64,000 nt of DNA from an uncultured Candidatus Saccharibacteria bacterium (GCA_964473025.1 CAYYMZ010000001.1:24163-88162), one strand, 5' to 3'. Shown: positions 49,446 through 60,485, numbered from the stretch's first letter. Program-made: numbers and translations. The notes: a model not told the origin generated them from the sequence alone.

Positions 49446-49901
49446 TTACGGTCCTTGCCGATCAAGGACTTCGACGTCTTCAGGGCTGTAGACATCTTGC
49501 TCGGGAGAAACCGCAGGTTCTTCGGTGGTGGGTTTTGCCGCTTCGTCCCAGACGAGGCAACCGAGGATGGTTGCGACGATGGAGATGGATGGAATCAATG
49601 TCCAAGCAAGCCATGTTCTTCCCCCAGCAAGGCCGGCGACAAGCGTCTCAACGCCCAAGACCGCCACAATTGTTGCCACGGCAGCGACCCGGGCAGCATA
49701 CTCGTCGAATGTGCTAGAAGGATTGCTGGTCATCCAGAACCAGAGCCAAACGCAACCAGCCCCAATCAGCACCCCGACGGCGATTTTGCCTTCGATGGCA
49801 CCCGCTGCTCCACCGGCAATCCAGCAGAGGAGTCCTACTAAGTATGCGGCTAGTAGGCTTAGTATTGCTCCCTTTACGAACGGTTGAATCTTGTACCACA
49901 T
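49446..49901 (-). CDS. Hypothetical membrane protein (GC-rich islet)
   Basis: SD GGAGG; four TM segments and an acidic tail. Confidence 0.65.
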   Translation of the reverse strand: MWYKIQPFVKGAILSLLAAYLVGLLCWIAGGAAGAIEGKIAVGVLIGAGCVWLWFWMTSNPSSTFDEYAARVAAVATIVAVLGVETLVAGLAGGRTWLAWTLIPSISIVATILGCLVWDEAAKPTTEEPAVSPEQDVYSPEDVEVLDRQGP

Positions 49902-49904
49902 GTC

Positions 49905-50078
49905 TTATTCCTCCCTTCGTTTGTTGAGCCAATAGCTATATGCCTTCTCTGCGCCCATAGCGAGAGCAACGATAGCTGCCAAAAGCAGCATGCTGCCTAT
50001 GATTGGCAGCCGGAAAAAGAAACCAACGACTCCCAAAACCTTCTCTAGTTTGGAGCCATCTTGCTCGTGGGCTGCCAT
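49905..50078 (-). CDS. Small hypothetical membrane protein (GC-rich islet)
   Basis: SD AAGGAGG before MAAHEQ; first gene of a three-gene operon. Confidence 0.6.
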   Translation of the reverse strand: MAAHEQDGSKLEKVLGVVGFFFRLPIIGSMLLLAAIVALAMGAEKAYSYWLNKRREE

Positions 50079-50186
50079 CTCGTCCTCCTTTCGACTAAAC
50101 AAAATGTCAATGCACGACTAAGCCGCTTATCATACCAAGATTGTATGGAAAATCAATAGCTTAAGCAAATGTGCTATATTCGGCTT

Positions 50187-50828
50187 ATGCGTTATCGGCA
50201 AAAATATTTAAATCGGGCAAAAATTGCGGCGCGCGCTTTGAGCTTTGTGCCGTTTTTGCGCATGGCGGGATTAAACGGTTCGATGGTCAGAGGAGATGAT
50301 ACAAGAAAAAGCGATATTGATTTTTTATGCATTGCCAAAGCGGGGCGGTTATACACAGCAAGATTTTTTGCGACTTTGTATGTTGCCATAACGGGTTGGC
50401 GGCGGCATGGCAAACGGGTAGCGGGGCGTATTTGTTTAAACTGCTTTTTGTCTGACCGAAAGCCAGATATTACACCCAAAAATCCCAAGTCAAAAAAGAA
50501 AGTGGCTTGGGCGTATAAATACACGATTACATTAGTTCAAGATGGCAGGATTACCGAGAAGTTTTTTGAGACGAACGAATGGTTTGCAAATTATAAAGTC
50601 CCCGGTCAAAAATATAGCCACAAATTGCAGGAAGAGATTTTTAAGTTTTTCCCGATCAGGCGACGCAAGTTTAGCGAAAGATTGATAGAAGGAAAATTCG
50701 GCGATTGGATTGAGAGAAAATTGATGAAATATCAGGTTAAACGAATTCTACGCGGTAAAAATACGAATGATGAAACAGTAGCGACAAAATCAGAAATAAG
50801 ATTGCACCCGAGAAAAGTTTATAAATGA
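50187..50828 (+). CDS. Nucleotidyltransferase-domain protein
   Basis: GLNGSMV...SDIDF (GS/DxD polymerase-beta-like motif), ICLN. Confidence 0.7.
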   Translation: MRYRQKYLNRAKIAARALSFVPFLRMAGLNGSMVRGDDTRKSDIDFLCIAKAGRLYTARFFATLYVAITGWRRHGKRVAGRICLNCFLSDRKPDITPKNPKSKKKVAWAYKYTITLVQDGRITEKFFETNEWFANYKVPGQKYSHKLQEEIFKFFPIRRRKFSERLIEGKFGDWIERKLMKYQVKRILRGKNTNDETVATKSEIRLHPRKVYK

Positions 50829-50829
50829 A

Positions 50830-50854
50830 AAGGGAGCCCCTGCGGGGGCTCCCT
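50830..50854. terminator. Hairpin between convergent genes
   Basis: AGGGAGCCCC-tgcg-GGGGCTCCCT preceded by an A run. Confidence 0.7.
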
Positions 50855-50856
50855 GA

Positions 50857-51087
50857 CTAACTTCGGCAGTCGGGGGCGGATCGCGCCTCGACAGAGTCGG
50901 AGACGACGACCACACTCACCTTGTTCGCCTTCGGGTCAAAGGGGAGGGGATGGGATTGCACAATCCTCCGGTCAGGGTTATGGGCCTTCCACAAAGCGAG
51001 GATCTTTTCCACTGCTCCCTGTATGTTCAAGGCGTGATGAGAGGCTGGGTCAACATCAGTGCTTACGGTTTCGATTTGCTGATCCAT
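50857..51087 (-). CDS. Small hypothetical protein (GC-rich islet)
   Basis: SD AGGAGGT; 76 aa. Confidence 0.6.
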   Translation of the reverse strand: MDQQIETVSTDVDPASHHALNIQGAVEKILALWKAHNPDRRIVQSHPLPFDPKANKVSVVVVSDSVEARSAPDCRS

Positions 51088-51143
51088 CTCGCACCTCCTG
51101 TGTGCTACCGAATGAATGTCTGACTACTGATCGGACACGATGC

Positions 51144-51683
51144 TTACATCATCGCGTCGTTCGGATCGCCTGCGAGCTGGGAAAGGTCGGCCACTAGCCC
51201 TTCTCTCCGCGGGTTCTTCGGCTCGAATAGCCCGACCGCATCGGAGCCGGCGACCAGTTCGCCGACTTTAGCAACATCGCCGTTGAGGGGGAACCCCCAC
51301 GGCGGTGGGAGAAAGTCCCCACCCCCGCAGATTTTGTTGCCCTTCTCGTCGTAGAGGAAGGTCTCTGCCGGGTGTGATGGTGTCGAGATGCGCCGGGCAA
51401 AGGAGGCGATTTCCTTGAGCTGCTCCACGGATCTCATCCGATCCACTTGCAGTAAGATTGCCATGGTGGCGATGAGGCCGGTTGCGACGAAGCACGCTCC
51501 TTGGACGACCCAGTAGAGATCGGCTAGCCCCGCGAAGAACAGTGTGAAGATTCCGACTGGCAAGAGAATCCAAAACAGCCGGCTTGCCAACCTTCCCATG
51601 CGAGCGTAATGGTTCCACCACGCCCGATAGTGGGTCTTACTGTAGTGCACGCCCCGATCTACTTCCTGCATTTCAGCAGCCAT
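51144..51683 (-). CDS. Hypothetical membrane protein (GC-rich islet)
   Basis: SD GGAGG; two TM helices. Confidence 0.65.
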   Translation of the reverse strand: MAAEMQEVDRGVHYSKTHYRAWWNHYARMGRLASRLFWILLPVGIFTLFFAGLADLYWVVQGACFVATGLIATMAILLQVDRMRSVEQLKEIASFARRISTPSHPAETFLYDEKGNKICGGGDFLPPPWGFPLNGDVAKVGELVAGSDAVGLFEPKNPRREGLVADLSQLAGDPNDAMM

Positions 51684-51736
51684 CCCGATCCCTCCCTATG
51701 TCAAGATTGCACGACTCTCAATTTCTTGAGTCCATA

Positions 51737-51765
51737 ATGATATGTAATTTGAGGTAAGATGTCAA
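51737..51765 (-). promoter_or_regulatory. Sigma70 promoter
   Basis: TTGACA-17 nt-TATCAT. Confidence 0.7.
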
Positions 51766-51785
51766 CTGGAAAAGAGAAAAAATGC

Positions 51786-51831
51786 TTTGAGTAAAGTCAA
51801 CTTGACATTTTCTCTACTGTTGTGATAAATT
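51786..51831 (+). promoter_or_regulatory. groESL promoter with a possible HAIR-like operator
   Basis: TTGACA (51802) ... TG-A-TAAATT; TTTGAGT-N7-ACTTGAC overlaps the -35. Confidence 0.55.
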
Positions 51832-51904
51832 TATTCTCCGGCGTCGAAAGGAACCCCCTTCCAATCAACGCCGGATTTAGAAAAAAATAATTGGAAGGTA
51901 GCTT

Positions 51905-53840
<1,936 letters not shown>

Positions 53841-53895
53841 TCGCAAGCGATTACAAAGTCAAAAGTCAGAACTAGAAAGTCAAAAATAAGGAGAC

Positions 53896-53927
53896 GCAAA
53901 AAAGCGCCCGTCTGGGTGCTTTTTTGC
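53896..53927. terminator. Bidirectional intrinsic terminator after groEL
   Basis: GCAAAAAAGCGCCC-gtct-GGGTGCTTTTTTGC. Confidence 0.85.
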
Positions 53928-53949
53928 TTGAGTTTAACTTCTAGTTTCT

Positions 53950-54694
53950 AAAATGGTCTGGACACCGGACGTGACGGGGATGTCGCGTCCGGTGTCCTTG
54001 GGGAGGAGGCCGTTCCTGCAGTCTGCAGTCAGGTTTGGCCTGGAACCGATGAACCCGAGCCAACAGGATTCATCGTCGCTGCCTCTTGGGAAGGCAGCAA
54101 AAATGGGCGAGCAGCAAGTTCCCCCCGGAAGCAAGCTGCTCGCACCGAGTCGGTTTTGGGGCAGCCAGGAGGGGTCGGGGCCCCTAACCGACATCTCAGA
54201 TGATGGCAGCCGGTGGCAAAACCGGATGATCAGATGATGGGATGATCGGAGATGGTTTGCCACCGGAGCGATACGGAGTTAGGAGGAAGATGGCCGGACC
54301 GGACAGGTAGGGATTTGGAAGCTCGGAGCCAAGAACTATCCTTTTACCCTTTTCGCCGCGGTGCGGCACCCTTGTCCGGTCCGGTGCGGTTGCCAGGGTT
54401 TCCCCCAGCGCCCTCGAGGAGGTTCAGGATTAGAAAGAAGTGCGACCGGATAAACCCCTGGTCTGGGTAGTCAATTTGTGAAACCCAGGGCGGTGTCCGC
54501 TCCCGTCAACCTCCAAGCTGCCATAGTCGTGAGGTGCCTAGAGATTGAGCGAACGCCGTTAACACAGGCCCTATCCGGAGGACCTCCGGTCCCCATAAAA
54601 CCGGAGATTTTGGGGCAGCCGGAGCTCTGGCCTTGATTCGCCTTGGCCCCGGAAATTTCAGTCGTTTCAGTGATCGTTCGCAAAGATGCGGATT
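53950..54694 (-). ncRNA. Candidate large structured non-coding RNA (~750 nt)
   Basis: At least eight GC-rich stems, no credible ORF, promoter at 54701-54729 and terminator at 53896-53927. Confidence 0.6.
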
Positions 54695-54700
54695 AAGCGT

Positions 54701-54729
54701 AATTTATCATTTTCAACCCGATTTGTCAA
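54701..54729 (-). promoter_or_regulatory. Sigma70 promoter facing the structured region
   Basis: TTGACA-17 nt-TAAATT with an extended TG. Confidence 0.72.
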
Positions 54730-54750
54730 GACAAAACAGGTCGGATTGGC

Positions 54751-54798
54751 AAAAAAAGAGCGCCCGGCCCCAGTTCTTGTAAACTGGGGCTGGGCGCT
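54751..54798 (-). terminator. Intrinsic terminator
   Basis: AGCGCCCGGCCCCAGTT...AACTGGGGCTGGGCGCT with a U tract on the minus strand. Confidence 0.75.
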
Positions 54799-54819
54799 GG
54801 GTATGACCGGTTGTAGCGG

Positions 54820-55113
54820 TCAGTGGCCGCTGGAGGTGGCCAGAAGCACGGAGCAGTTGGCGATGCAGTGACCGTTGATGATAACGGCACTGCAGCTGCA
54901 GCGACCTTCGCCGGCATTGTAGAGGCTGTCGTGGAGCGCAGTATCACCGCTGCGATAACGCTCACCGACGGTGGCCATCGAGACCAACTCGACATTGTGG
55001 CCATCGTCCTGCAGGCAGATGCCGAGGGCCGGTACGGTGGCGCCCTCCTCGTTGTAGCTATAGGCAGTCTGGTTGACGATGGCTGCTGTCGTTGTCGAAA
55101 GTCCGTTTTGCAC
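54820..55113 (-). CDS. Small Cys-containing hypothetical protein (GC-rich islet)
   Basis: SD AGGAG, GTG start, CSC...CIANC. Confidence 0.55.
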   Translation of the reverse strand: MQNGLSTTTAAIVNQTAYSYNEEGATVPALGICLQDDGHNVELVSMATVGERYRSGDTALHDSLYNAGEGRCSCSAVIINGHCIANCSVLLATSSGH

Positions 55114-55137
55114 GAATAAATCTCTCCTGGTGTTAGA

Positions 55138-55608
55138 TTAACTGTCACAACCGCCGAGGCACTCGCCAGCGATGATCGGCAGACCGCACGTGGAGCAGAA
55201 CTTGACACCGAAACGCCTGAAGGCGCGGCGCATCACGTCGGTTCCATCGCGGATCAGCTCTCTCGCCCGTTCAGGCGAGATCAGCTCCACTTGCCCTTCC
55301 TCCAGTATCCGATCGTGCGTGCACGGCACTTCACTATCGTGCTTAGTGCAGACCATTCCGAAGACCGAGCAGAAGACGAGCTCCGGATCGGGCGGTGGTG
55401 GCTCTTCGGTCTTGACGTAGAGTTCCTCAACCTCGGCGGGCAGGGGACCGAACACGACGCTACAGTTCGGACATTGCTTCGTGTCTGGTGTGAGTGTGAA
55501 CAGGCAATTCTGGCAGATCCAGCTCCCATCGTCGAGATGACGCGGTGGTTGGATCTCAACGGGCGGTTTCACCTTAAGGGCGGTTGGTTTTCTCAGACGC
55601 CAAAGCAT
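55138..55608 (-). CDS. Cys-rich zinc-ribbon hypothetical protein (GC-rich islet)
   Basis: SD GGAGG; WICQNC...CPNC (RanBP2-like), CSTC...CLGGC. Confidence 0.65.
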   Translation of the reverse strand: MLWRLRKPTALKVKPPVEIQPPRHLDDGSWICQNCLFTLTPDTKQCPNCSVVFGPLPAEVEELYVKTEEPPPPDPELVFCSVFGMVCTKHDSEVPCTHDRILEEGQVELISPERARELIRDGTDVMRRAFRRFGVKFCSTCGLPIIAGECLGGCDS

Positions 55609-55666
55609 GGCGATCCCTCCAAACAAATGTAGTGAACGTCTGAACTAGGATAATTCAGATCATACG

Positions 55667-55695
55667 ATTATAAACCTAATATAAAAAGAGGTCAA
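55667..55695 (-). promoter_or_regulatory. Sigma70 promoter
   Basis: TTGACC-17 nt-TATAAT. Confidence 0.72.
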
Positions 55696-55726
55696 TATCA
55701 ATAATGGTTTTAAAAGTGAATCGAAA

Positions 55727-55957
55727 TTATTTCGGGATTTTTTGAATAAGGTCCCAGAGAGAAATACCCACTTGTTTGACGGCCGGATAGGCGGCGGGTA
55801 ATAATAGCAAAAATATTACAATCCAAATCAGATTTTTTCGTAAAAATTTAATCAGGGCAAAAACGAGAATAACGATAACAATAATCGAAAGAGGCAACCG
55901 GTAGGCCTCGGGGATAAGTTGCAACGCCTGATTATAATAATTAATTACTGTCTGCAT
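55727..55957 (-). CDS. Small membrane protein
   Basis: 76 aa with two TM helices. Confidence 0.6.
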   Translation of the reverse strand: MQTVINYYNQALQLIPEAYRLPLSIIVIVILVFALIKFLRKNLIWIVIFLLLLPAAYPAVKQVGISLWDLIQKIPK

Positions 55958-56024
55958 AAGCTAATTATAAACCAAAAATCAAAATTACAAATGTCAATTG
56001 AAATCCAAAGCTCAAATCATCAAA

Positions 56025-56387
56025 TCATTTTTTTAGAATTGAAGAGAAGATGAGAAGCAATTCCTGCGATTCTCTCCATAACTTTCGGCATTCTTCTTTC
56101 TGCTTAGGATTTGCATCAGCCATGATTCTTAGCCAATATCTTGTTTCTTTTGCCTCCTTCTTACAGATTGATATTTTATGCTTAAAATCTTTCTTAGAAT
56201 TGCAAGCATCCGCTTCACAGTAGTTTGCTCCTATACTTGAAGAAGCTCTAACGAGCTGCGTGACAAGAGGTTTGTTGATCGAGTTAGCTGGTGTCTTCTT
56301 CAAAAGCCTAATAACATCGAGAGTAAAAGCAGTCGTTCTTTCTTCTAAATCATATTTTGGTTTATGATTTTGAGCTTTATTTGTCAT
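56025..56387 (-). CDS. Four-helix-bundle protein (23S rRNA IVP-like family)
   Basis: QLVRASSSIGANYCEA, KEAKETRYWL; heptamer repeats on both sides. Confidence 0.9.
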   Translation of the reverse strand: MTNKAQNHKPKYDLEERTTAFTLDVIRLLKKTPANSINKPLVTQLVRASSSIGANYCEADACNSKKDFKHKISICKKEAKETRYWLRIMADANPKQKEECRKLWRESQELLLIFSSILKK

Positions 56388-57321
56388 TTGGGCTTTCGGC
56401 TTTATCGTTTGCGGTTCTATTATGGAACCGCTTATGTATCTCGTGCAAATGCTTGTCGGTAACATGGGTATAAACTTGGGTGGTGGTGATCGAAGAGTGG
56501 CCTAATAAACTCTGCACAGAGCGTAAATCCGCTCCGGCGCGCAAAATATCAGTGGCAAATGAATGGCGCAAAACGTGCGGCGTAACTTGTTTGACGATAC
56601 CGGCGCGCCTGGCCGCTTCGGCTACAATGCGCTCGACCTGCCTTGAGGTTAACCGCCCGCCGGATTCAGAGAGTTCATTCGAACCCAAATCCTCGCCGTT
56701 GGGCTTTGAATCTTTAATAAATAACGCCTTGTCTTTGTCGTGGCGCGCTTTGAGATATTTTTCGACCCACTCCTTGGCTTCGTCAGAGAGAAAAACGACA
56801 CGGCGTTTGCCGCCTTTGCCGTCAACCGAAAATTCCTCGTGTCCCAGATTAACCTGATCGCGGTTTAGGCCGGTTAATTCCGAAACGCGTACGCCGGTGG
56901 AAAATAAAATTTCTAAAATCGCGCGGTTTCTAAGTTCCAAAATATTTTTTTCACCATATACATTGCGGATTCGCTCTAACTCTTGCGGTTCCAAAAAAGC
57001 AATTGCGCGCTCGGGAGTATCGGAGAGTTCAATTTTCTCGGGCGCAAGCGATTCAACATCTGTTTTTGATAAATATTTCAAAAAGCTCCGAATCGCAATC
57101 ATATAATAGTTCATCGTTTTGTTTGCAAGGCCTCGCCGGTGCAAGACGAGCCGCCACTTTTTGATGAGTTCAAGGTCTATTTTTTTCACCGAAACTATAC
57201 CCTGACTTTCGGCAAATTCGGCAAATTTACTAAGATATGAATCGTAGTTGCGGATTGTCAGCTGGGAGTGCCCGCGCTCGAGTTCAATATATTCTAAAAA
57301 TTCTCTAATTTGTTTTTCCAC
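56377..57321 (-). CDS. XerC/XerD-like tyrosine recombinase
   Basis: STGVRVSEL, GKGGKRR, TPHVLRHSFAT, LLGHSSITTTQVYTH. Confidence 0.93.
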   Translation of the reverse strand: MEKQIREFLEYIELERGHSQLTIRNYDSYLSKFAEFAESQGIVSVKKIDLELIKKWRLVLHRRGLANKTMNYYMIAIRSFLKYLSKTDVESLAPEKIELSDTPERAIAFLEPQELERIRNVYGEKNILELRNRAILEILFSTGVRVSELTGLNRDQVNLGHEEFSVDGKGGKRRVVFLSDEAKEWVEKYLKARHDKDKALFIKDSKPNGEDLGSNELSESGGRLTSRQVERIVAEAARRAGIVKQVTPHVLRHSFATDILRAGADLRSVQSLLGHSSITTTQVYTHVTDKHLHEIHKRFHNRTANDKAESPNDK

Positions 57322-57397
57322 AATTTTATTTTACGACATCGCCCGGAGATTGCAAAGTTATATTGCCATATCCTTCGAAATTGTTATACTTTTGACG

Positions 57398-57979
57398 ATG
57401 AATATTCTTAATTTCGACAATAATCTTTTGGTTTCGATAAATCACGCCTTGATCGGCCATTATTCTATCTTAGATTCAATCCTTGAGGCCATTGCCTCTT
57501 ATACCGTTTACGTTCTACCGGTTTTACTTTTGGCCCTCTGGTTTATTGCGCCAAAAAAAAGAGAAGCATTATTTTTGGCTTTTTTTGCCGCGTTTTTGGC
57601 TTGGCTTATAATCACCAAATTAATCGTGCCGAGCATCTGGCTTCGAGCCCGCCCTGACTTGGCGCTTTTGGGGGTAAAGGAAGTGATTTTTCACCGCCCG
57701 AGCTACTCATTTCCGTCCGATCATGCGACCCTTTTATTCGGCTTATCTTTCGGCCTTTTTGCTTTTGACTGGAAAAAGGCGGGTTGGTGGTTTCTGGCTT
57801 TCGCCATTGTAGTTTCTCTCGCCCGCGTTGCGGTCGGTGTTCATTTTCCGCTTGATATCTTGGGAGGTATCGCCTCCGCCGCGATCGGTGTTTGGATTGT
57901 TAATCTATTAAAAAAGCCGATTTTGGCGTATATTTATAAGCCAATCGTTTGGGTTTTGAAAAAAATAAAATTGGCATGA
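57398..57979 (+). CDS. PAP2 phosphatase (undecaprenyl-diphosphatase BcrC-like)
   Basis: RARP, SFPSDH, ARVAVGVHFPLD. Confidence 0.88.
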   Translation: MNILNFDNNLLVSINHALIGHYSILDSILEAIASYTVYVLPVLLLALWFIAPKKREALFLAFFAAFLAWLIITKLIVPSIWLRARPDLALLGVKEVIFHRPSYSFPSDHATLLFGLSFGLFAFDWKKAGWWFLAFAIVVSLARVAVGVHFPLDILGGIASAAIGVWIVNLLKKPILAYIYKPIVWVLKKIKLA

Positions 57980-58611
57980 AAAGAATATTTAAAGTTGAAC
58001 ATACGGGTTGGCTGGGGGCTTCCTCGGAGATTATTTCCTGGCTGTTTTCTCCACCTTTGGTCGGCACAGTTTTCTTTATTTTTCTGGTTTTTTGGTATTC
58101 GGCCGATTTTTCACAGGGCTTGCGCTGGATAGTGGCTATCTCTCCGTTTTTGATTTTTATTCCCCTTATATATTTTGCCGTTTCGGTTAAATTTGGCTGG
58201 ATTTCCGACATCGATCTAACCAAAAGAGAGGAACGCCCTGCCTTTCTGCTTGTATTTTCTCTCTCCCTAGCCATAGCTGCCTTAGTTTTGTATTTGCTTG
58301 ATGTCCCGAATAAATTTTTAGTTTATGTTTTGTCCGGCTTGGTAACGACAGTTTTGGCCTCAATCATCACTTTATATTGGAAAATCAGCTTCCACACCGC
58401 TATCACATCGGGCGTTGTAACAGCCATAAATATCTTGGGTGGTCCGCAGTTCTGGCCGCTGTTTCTTCTTTTAATACCGATTGGAATCGCCCGCGTCGTG
58501 CTCAAGCGCCACACCGTTTGGCAGGTAATCGGCGGAGCAATCATTGCCTTTTTGGCAACTTGGATTGTCTTTAATCTTTTTGGCTACCCGTTCTGGGGGA
58601 ACACCCTATGA
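57976..58611 (+). CDS. PAP2-superfamily membrane protein
   Basis: KISFH and ARVVLKRHT. Confidence 0.7.
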   Translation: MKRIFKVEHTGWLGASSEIISWLFSPPLVGTVFFIFLVFWYSADFSQGLRWIVAISPFLIFIPLIYFAVSVKFGWISDIDLTKREERPAFLLVFSLSLAIAALVLYLLDVPNKFLVYVLSGLVTTVLASIITLYWKISFHTAITSGVVTAINILGGPQFWPLFLLLIPIGIARVVLKRHTVWQVIGGAIIAFLATWIVFNLFGYPFWGNTL

Positions 58612-59228
58612 TCGGCGATATCCTATCGGTTCTCAGTAATTTTATTATCAACACCATCAGCTCGATGGGGTATTGGGGGGTGGTGGCATTAATGGCGATT
58701 GAATCGGCTAATATTCCACTTCCTTCCGAAGTGATCATGCCGTTTTCGGGCTATCTCGTGTCGGTAGGACGCTTTTCACTCTGGGGAATTGCCTTGGCGG
58801 GCGGTTTCGGCTGTTTGGTCGGATCGCTTTTTTCCTATTGGATCGGCGCCATCGGCGGCCGGCCGTTAATTGAAAAATATGGCAAATATATCCTGATCTC
58901 GCATCACGATTTAAATTTGACGGACAAATGGTTTAAAAGATGGGGAGATGCCACGGTTTTTGTCGGACGGCTTTTGCCAGTGGTTCGAACTTTTATCTCC
59001 TTTCCCGCCGGAATTGCACGCACCAATCTTTTGACCTTTTCTATATATACATTCGTCGGCTCCGTCATTTGGTCATATTTTCTAGGTTGGGTCGGATTCA
59101 AACTCGGCCAAAATTGGAATACCTTAAAAGGTTATTTTCACGGCGCCGACATTATTATCGGAATTTTAATTTTATTAGGTTTGGCTTGGTGGATCTATCG
59201 CCATATCAAGCACTCTCGGACTCCATAG
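58608..59228 (+). CDS. DedA family protein
   Basis: ESANIPLPSE, FVGRLLPVVRTFISFPAG. Confidence 0.92.
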   Translation: MIGDILSVLSNFIINTISSMGYWGVVALMAIESANIPLPSEVIMPFSGYLVSVGRFSLWGIALAGGFGCLVGSLFSYWIGAIGGRPLIEKYGKYILISHHDLNLTDKWFKRWGDATVFVGRLLPVVRTFISFPAGIARTNLLTFSIYTFVGSVIWSYFLGWVGFKLGQNWNTLKGYFHGADIIIGILILLGLAWWIYRHIKHSRTP

Positions 59229-59250
59229 GCCTTCGTGCTATAATCAAAGT

Positions 59251-59772
59251 GTGCTAATCGAATTGTCGAAATTTGTAGGTATGCCCGTGGGAGCATTAGA
59301 CGTTGGTGCTTTAATTGGGCGTGTCCGGCGGGTTTTAGTTGATCCTGATCAAGGTAAAATCGCCGGATTTTTAATTAAAGAAAAAGGTTTTTCGAGTAGG
59401 CCGAAAGTTGTTTCGATGATAGATGTAATCGATGTGGAACGTGCCGCCATGGTTATCAATTCCCGTGAGAGTTTGGTCACACGAGGTGAGATTGTCCGGA
59501 TAGCCAAAATTTTAGAATATAAATTTAACATAATCGGACTGCCCGCCAGAACCAGAGAAGGGCAGATGCTCGGCAAAATCACGGATGTGGTTGTTGACTC
59601 CGCAACGGGTGAAATCGTGCGCCTTTACACCAAATTTTTGCTCCAACATCGCGTCTTTGAACGCTCCCAAATTGACGAGATAACGTGGCAGGAGATATTT
59701 TTCAAAATAGATAATCGCAAAAAGGTTAAAGAAAAAATTCCTGTTGCAAAAGAAGCCGAGGCAACAGGTTAA
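59251..59772 (+). CDS. PRC-barrel domain protein (two barrels)
   Basis: GRVRRVLVDP and GKITDVVVDS repeats. Confidence 0.8.
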   Translation: MLIELSKFVGMPVGALDVGALIGRVRRVLVDPDQGKIAGFLIKEKGFSSRPKVVSMIDVIDVERAAMVINSRESLVTRGEIVRIAKILEYKFNIIGLPARTREGQMLGKITDVVVDSATGEIVRLYTKFLLQHRVFERSQIDEITWQEIFFKIDNRKKVKEKIPVAKEAEATG

Positions 59773-60485
59773 CCGGCTAGGCGAATGACTGTGTAGAGAA
59801 CGGCCATCCCGAGGATGGTCATTATTGTTGTCCAAATAGTTGGGTGGCGGTGGTGGCTTTCGGGAATCAAATCGCTTGCCCCAAGGTATAAAAACAACCC
59901 CGTAAAGACAGCCATAATTAGTCCCAAAACCGCTTCGGAAACGCTGATAAAGATTGTGGATATTATACCGAGCGCAGGTGCTAAGGAAACAATAGTGAGA
60001 TAGCGAATTGCGCCGGCGCGGTTATCGCGGTTTTTTAAAACTATTCCTACGGTGTTTATGCCGTCAGAAAATCTGTGAACTAGGATAGCGGAAGCGACTG
60101 TCCAGCCGATCGCTGGTGATATTTTAAATGCCAGTCCGATTCCGAATCCGTCAAAAAAGCTGTGCAAAATTAAAGCCAGCGCCCCAAAACTTCCTTGATG
60201 CGCCTCTTTGCAACACTCGTCTTCGTCGTGCTTGTGGATTGAAAATATCCGGTCAAGGATGAGATAAGCAGCGAATCCACCCATAATCAACAATGCCACG
60301 GTTTGCAAACTGAAAGTATCCGATGCTAGCTCGATTGATTCGGGCAAAAGGTCAAATAATGCGACCGCCAGAACTGCACCGGCGGAAAACCCCAAAATTA
60401 GGTGTAATTTATCGCGAAAACGGATTGCAAAAAGACCCCCTAGAAGGGTAAATACAATTGCTAGTGCGGCGACGAGATAAACCAT
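59769..60485 (-). CDS. ZIP-family metal transporter
   Basis: FDLLPES, HSFFDG, HRFSDG, SDLIPESH. Confidence 0.88.
   Translation of the reverse strand: MVYLVAALAIVFTLLGGLFAIRFRDKLHLILGFSAGAVLAVALFDLLPESIELASDTFSLQTVALLIMGGFAAYLILDRIFSIHKHDEDECCKEAHQGSFGALALILHSFFDGFGIGLAFKISPAIGWTVASAILVHRFSDGINTVGIVLKNRDNRAGAIRYLTIVSLAPALGIISTIFISVSEAVLGLIMAVFTGLFLYLGASDLIPESHHRHPTIWTTIMTILGMAVLYTVIRLAG

Noticed and set aside
53934-54683. Short ORFs across the structured region (70-109 aa, both strands)
   Set aside because: Mutually overlapping, no recognisable motifs, and composition typical of translating GC-rich hairpins; a small peptide cannot be fully excluded
53950-54694. RNase P RNA, tmRNA, SRP RNA or group I/II intron
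   Set aside because: No GAGGAAAGUCC, tRNA-like ends, SRP loop or intron domain V seen by eye; needs cmscan for certainty
56025-56387. Diversity-generating retroelement (Avd-like protein)
   Set aside because: No reverse transcriptase and no template/variable repeat pair differing at adenines in the window
56377-57321. Integron integrase or prophage integrase
   Set aside because: Resembles housekeeping Xer; no attC sites, phage genes or convincing dif site seen
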